A DNA stretch of 64,000 nt from Limisphaerales bacterium (GTDB lineage Bacteria > Verrucomicrobiota > Verrucomicrobiia > Limisphaerales > SXQI01): assembly GCA_044226545.1 (NCBI GenBank), contig JBGAGW010000012.1, forward strand, positions 66,107-130,106. Direction: 5' to 3'. The stretch's first letter is position 1; every line of letters starts with the position of its first letter. Position numbers and translations under genes: made by a program. The notes under the pieces were generated by a model, which was not told the origin of the DNA, did not search any database, and was given only the letters and a program-made list of their open reading frames with translations. Shown here one piece after another: positions 1 through 9,402 of the stretch.

Positions 1-1256
1 GGCGTGTCACGGGCCGACTGATTCCCTTTCTGGTTCTGCTTTACATCCTTGCGTTCATCGATCGGGTGAATCTCGGTTACGCGAAACTGCAGATGACGGA
101 TGAACTCCGATTCAGTGATGCGGTTTACGGGTTTGGGGCAGGGATTTTCTTCATTGGTTATGTTCTCCTCGAAATTCCGGGAACGCTGTTGGTTGAGCGT
201 TGGAGCGCGCGGCTCTGGATTTCGCGCATCATGGTGACGTGGGGAATCATCGCAACATTGATGGGGTTTGTGCACACGGTCGGGCAGTTTTACACGTTAC
301 GCTTTCTCCTGGGACTGGCGGAAGCAGGCTTTTACCCGGGCGTCATAATTTATCTGACTCATTGGTTTCCAGAACGCCAACGCAGCAAAGCGATCGCGCT
401 GTTCATGGTTGGAAGTCCCATAGCAAATATCATTGGCTCGCCCATCTCCGGATTGATCATGGAATATGTTCATTGGTGGGGACTTTCGGGATGGCGCTGG
501 GTTTTCATTTTGGAAGGAATTCCGGCGGTCCTTATTGGCTTTGTCACCGTTGCCTATCTCACGGATAAACCGTCGAGAGCGAAATGGTTGCCCGCGGACG
601 AAGCGGAGTGGCTCACCGAGCAAATCGCCACGGAACGGGCGCGCAAAGCGCCTGCGCAGCATCACAATTATTGGCTCGCGCTGAAAGAACCCGTGGTTCT
701 TCTGCTCACCGCAATTTACTTCGTCGGCATGACGGGTCTGTACGGATTTAGCATGTGGCTTCCGACCATTTTGAAGAAACTCTCCGGACTGCCCACGCTT
801 CAAGTGACGCTCCTCGCCGCGGTTCCCTATGCGGTGACTCTGGTTATCATGCTGGCTGTTGGACGTTCGTCGGATCGCACGAATGAACGTATCTGGCACA
901 CCGCTATTCCTTTGTTTGTCGCGGGTTGTGCGTTAGTGGGAAGTATTCTGGCGAAGGACCGTGTTTTTCTTTCGCTCGCGATGTTGTCTCTCGTGGGCGC
1001 CGGAGTCTGGGCATTCATCCCGACTTTCTGGACGCTGCCTTCCGCATTCCTCACCGGTTCGGGGGCCGCGGTGGCGGTTGGTTTGATTAATTCTTTCGGT
1101 AACCTCGGCGGATTCGCTGGACCTTATATCGTCGGTTACATCAGTGACAAAACCGGCTCAACGATCGGTGGTATTATCGTGCTGGCAATCACATTAGTTA
1201 TCGGATCAGTCCTCGTGCTGACTCTCGATCGCAAACAGGTTGGAGCCTCGCCGTGA
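1..1256 (+). CDS. MFS transporter, anion:cation symporter (ACS)-like; 5' end lies outside the window
   Basis: The frame is open from the window edge (..LVLLYILAFIDRVNLGYAKLQM..). It has many hydrophobic helices, plus GLAEAGFYPG and FPERQRSKA loop motifs typical of ACS-type MFS permeases. Confidence 0.8.
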   Translation, partial: RVTGRLIPFLVLLYILAFIDRVNLGYAKLQMTDELRFSDAVYGFGAGIFFIGYVLLEIPGTLLVERWSARLWISRIMVTWGIIATLMGFVHTVGQFYTLRFLLGLAEAGFYPGVIIYLTHWFPERQRSKAIALFMVGSPIANIIGSPISGLIMEYVHWWGLSGWRWVFILEGIPAVLIGFVTVAYLTDKPSRAKWLPADEAEWLTEQIATERARKAPAQHHNYWLALKEPVVLLLTAIYFVGMTGLYGFSMWLPTILKKLSGLPTLQVTLLAAVPYAVTLVIMLAVGRSSDRTNERIWHTAIPLFVAGCALVGSILAKDRVFLSLAMLSLVGAGVWAFIPTFWTLPSAFLTGSGAAVAVGLINSFGNLGGFAGPYIVGYISDKTGSTIGGIIVLAITLVIGSVLVLTLDRKQVGASP

Positions 1257-1335
1257 TGAAATCGCGACTGACCAAGCCTCGAGGCGTTCTCTACGATTCT
1301 TCCCTCGATAGCACCATCGAGTGGAAGTAATCTCA

Positions 1336-3252
1336 TTAAGCCTGCACCGGTTGTGGGGCGGACGCCGCTCCGACTCCTTCTTCGGCCTGCGGAACGCCGG
1401 AACCTCCCGAAGGCTCAGAAACGCCTGCTGGTCCAGCTTGTGCCGCTTCAATATTGTCGATACGGAAACGACGTTTGGTGCCGTTCAAATCGAGATCGAC
1501 TTCGTCACCGGTCTTCCGATTGAGGAGTGCCTGCCCCACGGGAGTGAGATAACTGATCATGCCCTTTTCGGGATCGCTATCCCATGCGCCGAGAATGCTA
1601 AAACTCTCGCGATGGTTGTTAACCAGTTCGGTAACGTGGACGCGCGTGCCGACGTTAACCTGGTCCGTTTTGGCGTTGGAAAAATCCATGCCGCGGGCGC
1701 GGACGAGCTGTTGCTCGAGTTCGGCTTTGCGGCGCATGAGGATTTTCTGCATTTCTTTGGCAGCTTTGTACTCGTGATTTTCGCGGAGGTCACCGTAGCT
1801 GCGGGCGATGGCGATTTCCTTGCTGTTCGCGGGGATCGTCTTTTGGACCAGTTCGGTATACTCGTTTTTGCGCCGTTCCAGGCTTTCCCAGGAAACGAGA
1901 AGGGCGCTTTCCTGTTTGGTCGCTTCACCTGAAATGAGAGACTGGACCGCCGGGTAGGTTTTAACGATGCGCGCGAGGAGCGACCGCTTGTCCATGTCGT
2001 CGAAACAGGGTGAAAGCTGAAGGGCGCGGGTGAGATCCTTGATGACTTCCAAGTCGGCCGAGCCGATCAGTTCGACCAGGAGAGCCTGGTCGTTCATGAT
2101 GTAATCACCGAGCTTGTTGGAACGTTTCAGCTCGTTGTTGAACTGGTCGCGTTCCATTGCGCTGAGCATGGCGCGGAAAACCTCGGGCCCGAGAATATCA
2201 GCAAAGGCATCGCTTCGTTCCTTGGCGAGCCAGAGGAGCAGTTCGCTGGTCGCGGCGTGCTGACTGATTAGGCGTGCGAGTTGATCTTTGAGCGCCTGGA
2301 GCTTGCCCTCGTGGATGAGAAGGGCAGCGATTTCGCCCGCGAGCTTGGTCGAAACGTTGTTGATTCCTCCGAGTAGAACTTCCGACCAGTTTTGCGGATT
2401 GGCTTCGGTGAAAGATTGCAGTGCGCGTCGATGCTTGGAGGCGGAAACCTGTTCGAGGATCGTCCAGGGCTTGTTGACCTGCGACCAGATCGCTGACGGA
2501 GTGAGTTCCGCAGGATCCGCGGTAGCGCCGGTGAGTTGACGAAGTTCGTCGCGAAGGAAAATGGCTTCGAGAGCGAGGGCAGGTTGGGTGCGCTGGTGGC
2601 TGTTGATATCGGTATTCAGGCCGGCAATGACTTCGCTAATGACTGTTTTGTCCCCCAGCTCGCTGAAGCTCTTCACGAACTCGTTCGCTACCACGAGCTT
2701 CGCCTTCAACCCTTTGGCCGCGCGAAAATCAGCAATCAACCGGTCTTTCAGGGCAACTTCCTGCACCTGGTAAACAACAGGCTCGGTCTTCTTGGCGGGA
2801 ATCTGGAAATGACCATCTTTCTTCATCTCCTTTTTGGCCGCTTCCCACCATTTTTTCCAATCCTCGGTGATAACGTCCGGGACGAGGACCTGCTGGATTT
2901 GGTCCACCGTTGCTTTGCCGCCAAAGCTTTGCAGGACCAGCTTGATCAAATCGAGATGATGAAGAGCAGCCATCTCGCGGAGCTTCGGGAGTTCAGTGTA
3001 TTTCCGGGCAAGAATGTGTTCGGAAGGAATCGCTTTCAGCGAGTCGGCAGCAAAAGCCATGTCCATGGAATGGCCAGCGCGCGTTTGGAAATCGATAACC
3101 ACCTTCGAAAAAAGCCAATCCCAATTGGCAACCTTTCCGACTCCCCAACTCCGATGAAAAACGTAGCCAGCGGCCCCTACCTGGATCAAAGGATCGATCT
3201 GTGCGCGCGAGATCTTTCCGGCCGCGGCCAATTTCTCAAACTCTTCTCTCAT
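1336..3252 (-). CDS. greA: Long-form transcription elongation factor GreA: ~480-aa N-terminal extension plus a GreA C-terminal domain
   Basis: The C-terminal ~150 aa read IAIARSYGDLRENHEYKAAKEMQ...GTRVHV...SILGAWDSDPEKGMISYLTPVGQALLNRKTGDEV, matching the GreA coiled-coil and FKBP-like domain motifs. There is a low-complexity Gly/Pro/Ala tail. Confidence 0.8.
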   Translation of the reverse strand: MREEFEKLAAAGKISRAQIDPLIQVGAAGYVFHRSWGVGKVANWDWLFSKVVIDFQTRAGHSMDMAFAADSLKAIPSEHILARKYTELPKLREMAALHHLDLIKLVLQSFGGKATVDQIQQVLVPDVITEDWKKWWEAAKKEMKKDGHFQIPAKKTEPVVYQVQEVALKDRLIADFRAAKGLKAKLVVANEFVKSFSELGDKTVISEVIAGLNTDINSHQRTQPALALEAIFLRDELRQLTGATADPAELTPSAIWSQVNKPWTILEQVSASKHRRALQSFTEANPQNWSEVLLGGINNVSTKLAGEIAALLIHEGKLQALKDQLARLISQHAATSELLLWLAKERSDAFADILGPEVFRAMLSAMERDQFNNELKRSNKLGDYIMNDQALLVELIGSADLEVIKDLTRALQLSPCFDDMDKRSLLARIVKTYPAVQSLISGEATKQESALLVSWESLERRKNEYTELVQKTIPANSKEIAIARSYGDLRENHEYKAAKEMQKILMRRKAELEQQLVRARGMDFSNAKTDQVNVGTRVHVTELVNNHRESFSILGAWDSDPEKGMISYLTPVGQALLNRKTGDEVDLDLNGTKRRFRIDNIEAAQAGPAGVSEPSGGSGVPQAEEGVGAASAPQPVQA

Positions 3253-3306
3253 AAAACTTGCAACCTAACTGTTCGCATTGGAATAGACCAGTGGCATTAT
3301 TACGGA

Positions 3307-4584
3307 GTGGCCGGTGAAAAACCAAGAGAAATTGCCGCGCAGATTCTGGCGCAGCGGCAGGGTGGAGAATTCGTGGAAGTGCTGCTCGATCGCGCGATGG
3401 AGCGAAATGTGCTGAAGCCGGAGGATCGACGCTTCCTGCAGGAGTTGGTATATGGCGCGGTCCGTTGGGAATTAACGCTTGATTGGCTGATCACGCAAAA
3501 GACCGGAGGGAAACCGCAAAAGGCACTCGTGCAAAATCTGCTGCGACTCGCGCTCTACCAGATGTTCTGGCTGGACCGAGTGCCCTCTTACGCGGCGGTG
3601 AATGAAACCGTCGAGATCGCCAAAAACAAAGGGCTCTTGCCGCAAGCGAAATTCATCAACGCGGTGCTCCGCGGCTACGGCCGTGAAACGGATGCGACGC
3701 GTGCCAAATTGGCGGAGTTCAAAATGACGAATCTTGCTCTCGGTTTCTCGCATCCCGAATGGCTCTGCCAGAAATGGGAAAGGCGTTGGGGCAAGCCAAA
3801 GACAATTCAACTTCTCGAATGGAACAACAGTGCCCCATCGACATTTGCGCGGGGGAATACGTTGAAGGCTACCCGCGAGGAGTTGCTGAAGCAATGGGGA
3901 TCGGAAGGGCTGACATTTGAGGAAGCATCGTTTCCATGGATTCCGGACGGAACGATCTGGCGAATTTTGAAACATCCGCCGTTGGCGACGTTGACTTCAT
4001 TTCAGCAGGGATCGTTCTACGTTCAGGATCCCAGCACGTTGCTCGCAGTCGAGATGCTCGATCCGAAAGCGGGAGAAACCGTTCTGGATGTCTGTGCGGC
4101 ACCCGGTGGCAAAACGACCTACATCGCGCAAAAGATGAATAACGAGGGGCGGATTGCCGCCGAAGATGTTGATGCAAAACGGTTGAAGTTAGTAGCCGCC
4201 AATTGTGCTCGCCTCGGCGCAACCTGTGTAACCGTGGAGTCGGCTCCGACAAGCTTGTTTGATCGGGTTCTCGTGGACGCTCCTTGTTCAAACACAGGGG
4301 TGATGCGGCGTCGGGTCGAGTTGCGTTGGAGAATCACCCCAGAGGAGGTGCAACGACTCAGCAAGTTGCAACTGACCATACTTCAAGCGGCTGCAAAAAG
4401 GCTTCGTCCAGGTGGAACTCTTGTTTATAGCACTTGTAGTCTCGAACCGGAGGAGAACAGCGCAGTCATTCGGGAATTTGTCCGTCTGAATCCCGCGTTC
4501 AAGTTGGACAAAGAGCAAAGCGTAACGCCAACGGAAAACAGCACCGACGGTGCATATTGCGCGAAACTCCTCCTTAGTTCCTAA
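3307..4584 (+). CDS. rsmB: 16S rRNA (cytosine967-C5)-methyltransferase RsmB/Sun
   Basis: It has a NusB-like N-terminus (FLQELVYGAVRWELTLDW, NAVLR) and a SAM methyltransferase core (VLDVCAAPGGKT, VLVDAPCSNTGVMRR, LVYSTCSL). The track ORF extends upstream antisense to greA. I placed the start at GTG 3307, which is uncertain. Confidence 0.8.
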   Translation: MAGEKPREIAAQILAQRQGGEFVEVLLDRAMERNVLKPEDRRFLQELVYGAVRWELTLDWLITQKTGGKPQKALVQNLLRLALYQMFWLDRVPSYAAVNETVEIAKNKGLLPQAKFINAVLRGYGRETDATRAKLAEFKMTNLALGFSHPEWLCQKWERRWGKPKTIQLLEWNNSAPSTFARGNTLKATREELLKQWGSEGLTFEEASFPWIPDGTIWRILKHPPLATLTSFQQGSFYVQDPSTLLAVEMLDPKAGETVLDVCAAPGGKTTYIAQKMNNEGRIAAEDVDAKRLKLVAANCARLGATCVTVESAPTSLFDRVLVDAPCSNTGVMRRRVELRWRITPEEVQRLSKLQLTILQAAAKRLRPGGTLVYSTCSLEPEENSAVIREFVRLNPAFKLDKEQSVTPTENSTDGAYCAKLLLSS

Positions 4585-5444
4585 TACGTCAGCGCCACGC
4601 GGTATATCCGTTTCGGATCGCTCGAAGGATCGAGGATTGAATGGACCGTGCCGGTGCCGACCACGTTCGTGTAAACTGTCCACGCCGTAGGGATGGCGGT
4701 CGTGCTGTATTCCAAAGTGTTTGTTACTCCAGCGACTGAGTTCCAACTGACTACTTTCTCGCCCCGGAACGTCCGACTCACGGTTAAGCCGAGATCCCGA
4801 TGCAGCTTGATATCCACATAGACCAACCCCGCAATGACCTGAGCAACATTCGTCGCATCTCCAATCACAGGCGTGCCCTCTCCCTGCGGAGTAAGGCCGA
4901 GATCGAAAGAAAACAGATTGGTCGGGGCAGGCGGGATGAAGAGATTCAGAATATTTGTTCCCGCCGTAACGTGCCCGAAAACGGTGAAACCTCCGTTCAC
5001 TGAATCCAAAAAGGAATTATCCTTCAGATTGAGAAACCATTGCGAAGTGGCCGAGTCTTTCGCACTGCTGCGTGCCATGGCGATGGTGCCATACGTGTTG
5101 CTGAAGGTGCGGCCTACACTGTATTCGTTCGTTATTGTTCCGAACGGCTGGATCGAGGTGATGCGCACACCATTTGCCGTGTTCGTGAGCGTATATCCGC
5201 CTCCTTGAATGACGAAACCCGGTGCCCAACGCTGGATAAACTCGTTCGTAAACCGACCGGAGGTCACATACTTGATGAAGTTGGAAACGGTGACTGGTTT
5301 GTCATCGTCATAGAATTCCAACTCCATATTGCCGAGAGTGGTTTCGAACCGGGCGAGCGTTCCGCACTGAGCAAATCGGACGCCGACGAGCAGCAGCACT
5401 CCAGCGATCAGACCAAAACGAATTCGGCGCATGGTATTTGGCAT
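4581..5444 (-). CDS. Secreted cyclophilin-type peptidyl-prolyl isomerase with a C-terminal beta-rich extension
   Basis: It has a signal-like N-terminus. Cyclophilin motifs are present: TVSNFIKYV, FVIQGGG, GTIAMAR, SQWFLNL, FTVFGHV. The extra ~90 aa end in RIYRVALTY. Confidence 0.85.
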   Translation of the reverse strand: MPNTMRRIRFGLIAGVLLLVGVRFAQCGTLARFETTLGNMELEFYDDDKPVTVSNFIKYVTSGRFTNEFIQRWAPGFVIQGGGYTLTNTANGVRITSIQPFGTITNEYSVGRTFSNTYGTIAMARSSAKDSATSQWFLNLKDNSFLDSVNGGFTVFGHVTAGTNILNLFIPPAPTNLFSFDLGLTPQGEGTPVIGDATNVAQVIAGLVYVDIKLHRDLGLTVSRTFRGEKVVSWNSVAGVTNTLEYSTTAIPTAWTVYTNVVGTGTVHSILDPSSDPKRIYRVALTY

Positions 5445-5448
5445 AGGG

Positions 5449-6678
5449 TCACTTCGTAATGGGTCCGTGCACCTGTGCAGCGACTTTCAACCGCAGTCCG
5501 TTTAGCCGGATAAATCCTGTCGCATCATCCTGATTGTAGGCCTTGGTCGGATCCGCTTCCATCGTCGCGATGTGCGGATTGTAAAGGCTGACCGGAGACT
5601 TGCGTCCCGCGGTAATGATGTTCCCCTTATAAAGTTTCACCCGAACGGTGCCGGTGACGTTCTGCTGACTTTCGGTCACGAGCGCCTGCAAGGCAAATCG
5701 CTCGGGGGAGAACCAGTAGCCGTAATAAACCAGCTCGGAATAACGAGGAATCAGAGAATCGCGCAGGTGCATCACTTCACGATCCATCGTGATGCTTTCC
5801 ATCTGCCGATGAGCGAAATGGAGAATCGCGCCACCGGGCGTTTCGTAAACGCCGCGTGATTTCATACCGACGTAACGGTTTTCGACGAGATCAACGCGGC
5901 CGACGCCATGCTTCCCGCCGAGTTTGTTCAGGACTTTCATGACTCCGAGCGGGTTGAGCTTTTTGCCATTCACCGCGACGCAATTTCCTTTTTCGAAGTC
6001 GAGCGTCACGTATTCCGGTTTGTCTGGTGCGTCTTCGGGCGAGACGCTGAGTACGTACATCTCTTTGTGTGCGGGCGCGGAGGCGTCCAGCCACGGATCT
6101 TCCAGAATGCCGGCTTCAAACGAGATGTGCAGGAGATTGCGGTCCATCGAGTAGGGCTTCTTCGCGGTAGCCTGAACCGGAATGTTCTTCTCCTCGCAAT
6201 ATTTGATCATCTCCGCGCGGCCAGGGAAGGTGTCGCGGAAAGAAGAATCACGCCACGGAGCGATGATTTTCAGGTCCGGTGCGAGCGCGGCGGCCGTAAG
6301 TTCAAAACGCACCTGGTCGTTGCCTTTTCCGGTTGCACCGTGGGCGATGTATTCGGCCTCTTCGGCTCGGGCGATTTCGACCATCCGTTTGGCGATTAAA
6401 GGACGGGCGATACTTGTGCCGAGAAAATATTGATTCTCGTAAATCGCTCCCGCATGGATCATCGGGTAAATGAAATCGGCTGCGAACTCCTCCTGCAGGT
6501 CGTCGATGTAAATCTTCGACGCGCCGGTCTTCTTCGCCTTTTTATCGAGACCTTTGAGTTCTTCCTCCTGCCCGATATTCGCGCAGAACGCGATCATCTC
6601 CGCGTTGTACTTTTCCTTGATCCAGGAGAGCAAAACCGAGGTGTCCAACCCGCCCGAATACGCCAAAACAATCTTCAT
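5449..6678 (-). CDS. argG: Argininosuccinate synthase
   Basis: [30 protein letters not shown] and [24 protein letters not shown] are present. I took the start at the internal ATG 6678 ([10 protein letters not shown]), not the ORF-track start at 6723. Confidence 0.95.
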   Translation of the reverse strand: MKIVLAYSGGLDTSVLLSWIKEKYNAEMIAFCANIGQEEELKGLDKKAKKTGASKIYIDDLQEEFAADFIYPMIHAGAIYENQYFLGTSIARPLIAKRMVEIARAEEAEYIAHGATGKGNDQVRFELTAAALAPDLKIIAPWRDSSFRDTFPGRAEMIKYCEEKNIPVQATAKKPYSMDRNLLHISFEAGILEDPWLDASAPAHKEMYVLSVSPEDAPDKPEYVTLDFEKGNCVAVNGKKLNPLGVMKVLNKLGGKHGVGRVDLVENRYVGMKSRGVYETPGGAILHFAHRQMESITMDREVMHLRDSLIPRYSELVYYGYWFSPERFALQALVTESQQNVTGTVRVKLYKGNIITAGRKSPVSLYNPHIATMEADPTKAYNQDDATGFIRLNGLRLKVAAQVHGPITK

Positions 6679-6747
6679 ATCAAAAATGCGCCCGGAACTT
6701 AAACGCGGTCCGGGCGAGGGCAAAGAAGAAAGTGGCGCACTGGCGAG

Positions 6748-7086
6748 CTACTTGGATTTGGATACCTTCTCGAACTTCGCTGCCAGAATGAAATCATCCT
6801 TCGTCAGTCCGTTCACTTTATGGGTGAAGATGTTCAAGCGGACTTTTCCCCAGGTCAGATAAATGTCGGGATGATGTCCGACAGATTCGGCCACTTCGCC
6901 GATGCGGTTGGTGAAGTCGAGAGCTTGACGGAAATCTTTGAAATCGAATTGCTTCTCCAGGTGATGCCCGTCCGCGATGCGCCAACCATTTCCGAGTTCC
7001 TTGAGCAGTTCGGATGCTGCGTGCGCGTCCAGTGATTTAGTGGCGGTATCGCATGAATCGCATTTAGTTTCTGACAATGTAGCCAT
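6748..7086 (-). CDS. Pterin-4-alpha-carbinolamine dehydratase
   Basis: FKDFRQALDFTNRIGEVAESVGHHPDIYLTWGKVRLNIFTHKVNGLT matches the PCD/DCoH signature. ATG 7086 is preceded by a GGAGGA ribosome-binding site. Confidence 0.85.
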   Translation of the reverse strand: MATLSETKCDSCDTATKSLDAHAASELLKELGNGWRIADGHHLEKQFDFKDFRQALDFTNRIGEVAESVGHHPDIYLTWGKVRLNIFTHKVNGLTKDDFILAAKFEKVSKSK

Positions 7087-7186
7087 AGTTCCTCCTTTTC
7101 GATATTTTAACCCTTTTTCGGCAGGAGTCGATGGTGGCATTCCGCTTGCGGGAGCCGGGCTCTGCCGTTATCTGTCTCCGCCGTTT

Positions 7187-8356
7187 ATGAACTACAAGAT
7201 TTCGCGCCGTGCAGCGTCGCTGGCTCCTTCCCTGACTCTGGCCATTGATTCGAAGGCCAAGCAGATGAAAGCGGAAGGCCAGGACGTAATTGGCTTCGGC
7301 GCCGGGGAGCCTGATTTCGATACGCCGCAGCATATCAAGGATGCCGCGATCAAGGCGTTGAACGAAGGGTTCACGAAATACACGCCGAGCAGCGGCATTC
7401 CCGAACTGCGGCAGGCCATTGCGGACAAGTTCAAACGCGATAACGGCCTCAACTACAAACCTTCGCAGATCATCGTTTCGAACGGGGGGAAGCATTCGTG
7501 TTATAACGTCATTCTCGCTACGTGCGAAGAGGGTGACGAGGTGATCATTCCGTCGCCATATTGGCTGAGTTATCCGGAAATGGTGAAGCTCGCCGCGGCC
7601 AAACCAGTGATTCTCGAAACGACCGACAAAACCGAATTCAAGGTCACACCGGAGCAACTCCGGAACGCCATCACACCGCGGACCCGCTTGTTCATTCTGA
7701 ACTCACCGAGCAATCCGACCGGATCGCTTTACACGCGCGAGGAGATTAAAGCGCTCGGAGATATCTGTGTGGAGAAGGGCGTGCTCATCATGAGTGACGA
7801 GATTTACGAAAAGCTCGTTTATGACGGCGCGCAACACACCAGCGTCGCCGCTTTTTCGCAGGCGCACTACGAGCACACGATTGTGGTGCATGGTTTGGCG
7901 AAAGCTTATTCGATGACCGGTTGGCGGCTCGGTTACCTGGCTGCACCGGAGCCCATCGCCAAAGCCATCGATGCGATCCAAAGCCACAGCACGAGCAACC
8001 CTACATCCTTCGCGCAAAAGGGTGGGGTGGCGGCATTGAACGGGCCGCAGGATCATTTGGCCAAGTGGCTTGCGGAATACACGAAACGCCGCGCCTACGC
8101 ACACCAGAAGTTCAACAGCATTCCCGGAATTTCCTGCGTGAATGCGAAAGGGGCGTTTTATCTGTTTCCCAATATTTCAAAAACCGGGCTGAAGAGTTCC
8201 GACTTCTGCGCCAAACTGCTGGAGCAACAGAAGGTTGCCGCTGTTCCGGGAATCGCGTTCGGAGCGGATGATTACATCCGGATCAGTTACGCAACGAGCA
8301 TGGCGAACATTGAGAAGGGTCTTGATCGGATCGATAAGTTCGTCCGTGGCCTTTAA
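7187..8356 (+). CDS. Class I pyridoxal-phosphate aminotransferase (aspartate aminotransferase-like)
   Basis: GFGAGEPDFDTP, YTPSSGIPELR, NSPSNPTG and HGLAKAYSMTGWRLGY (PLP lysine context) are present. The start was moved to ATG 7187 (MNYKIS). Confidence 0.9.
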   Translation: MNYKISRRAASLAPSLTLAIDSKAKQMKAEGQDVIGFGAGEPDFDTPQHIKDAAIKALNEGFTKYTPSSGIPELRQAIADKFKRDNGLNYKPSQIIVSNGGKHSCYNVILATCEEGDEVIIPSPYWLSYPEMVKLAAAKPVILETTDKTEFKVTPEQLRNAITPRTRLFILNSPSNPTGSLYTREEIKALGDICVEKGVLIMSDEIYEKLVYDGAQHTSVAAFSQAHYEHTIVVHGLAKAYSMTGWRLGYLAAPEPIAKAIDAIQSHSTSNPTSFAQKGGVAALNGPQDHLAKWLAEYTKRRAYAHQKFNSIPGISCVNAKGAFYLFPNISKTGLKSSDFCAKLLEQQKVAAVPGIAFGADDYIRISYATSMANIEKGLDRIDKFVRGL

Positions 8357-9402
8357 TCGAACGGCGGATTCACCCCAAGCTCCCGGCCCAACGTGGTCAG
8401 TTCGGACTGCAACTCGGCATTGATCGGAATGCCTTCAGCTCGTCGGCGGTGTTCGGTCTCGAATTCAATTTCACCAGGAACGTAAACACGTTCGACGCCC
8501 GGCGCGCGCGGACAGGCCCGCATCAGTTGGATGATCAGGTCCACACGTTGGCGGAATTCGGCGAGCGGCATGAAGGATTCGATCCGGAGCGCCGCGCATA
8601 ACTGAGCGCTTCCGGATGGCACTTCAATCTGCTTATAGAGAGTCTGCACCTGCGTCGAAAATGCACCTCCCGAGAGCACGCCGGTCAACAGATCGATGAC
8701 CAAACTCAGACCATAACCTTTGTAGCCGCCAAAGGGTTGAATCAGGCCCTGGTGCGCGGCTGCATTTGGATCGTCCGTAGGAAGGCCGTGCTTATCGAGC
8801 GCCCATGTCGTGGGGATCTTTTTCTTCTCCTGCTGTGCCGCGAATATTTTTCCCCACGCCACCGCGCCCATAGCCATATCCAGAACAACAGGCGGAAACT
8901 GGCCGGCCGGAACGGCGATGGCCGCTGCGTTGTTCCCCAAACGTCCCTCCGAACCGCCCGTTGGCGCCATGGTCGCGCCGGTGTTGGTCGCGGCGAAGCC
9001 GATCATCCCGGCCTTTATGGCGTCCATCGCGTAAAAGCCGCATGCGCCGAAGTGGTTGCTGTTGCGTACCGTCACCAGAGCGAGGCCTGTGTTTTCTGCT
9101 TTCGAAATGGCCAGGTTCATAGCGGTTTTGGCCGCGGCCTGGCCGATGCCGCCTTGTGCATCGACAATGGCCGTCGCTTCATCCTCCGCTACCACCTCCG
9201 GCCGGGCATCCAACTTGAACCCGCCGGCACGGAGTCGATCGCAATAAACTTTAAGGCGAATCACGCCGTGGGAATCGACACCGCGAAGATTGGCGAAGAT
9301 CAAATTCTCCGCAACGAGCCGCGCGTCGTCCGGAGGCAGTCCGCGCTGCGTGAAGCAGTTGATGCAAAACTGCAATAACGCTGGAGCATCTACTTTGGTC
9401 AT
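8353..9402 (-). CDS. Ldh_2 family (malate/L-lactate/sulfolactate-type) NAD(P)H oxidoreductase
   Basis: NLRGVDSHGVIRL, VRNSNHFGACGFYA and GGYKGYGLSL are typical of the type-2 malate/lactate dehydrogenase family. Confidence 0.8.
   Translation of the reverse strand: MTKVDAPALLQFCINCFTQRGLPPDDARLVAENLIFANLRGVDSHGVIRLKVYCDRLRAGGFKLDARPEVVAEDEATAIVDAQGGIGQAAAKTAMNLAISKAENTGLALVTVRNSNHFGACGFYAMDAIKAGMIGFAATNTGATMAPTGGSEGRLGNNAAAIAVPAGQFPPVVLDMAMGAVAWGKIFAAQQEKKKIPTTWALDKHGLPTDDPNAAAHQGLIQPFGGYKGYGLSLVIDLLTGVLSGGAFSTQVQTLYKQIEVPSGSAQLCAALRIESFMPLAEFRQRVDLIIQLMRACPRAPGVERVYVPGEIEFETEHRRRAEGIPINAELQSELTTLGRELGVNPPFD

Noticed and set aside
2536-3306. A ~255-codon upstream extension of the rsmB ORF (the track ORF 2536-4584)
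   Set aside because: It lies entirely antisense to the well-supported greA gene. It shows no RsmB/NusB homology. The RsmB similarity begins only at about 3310.
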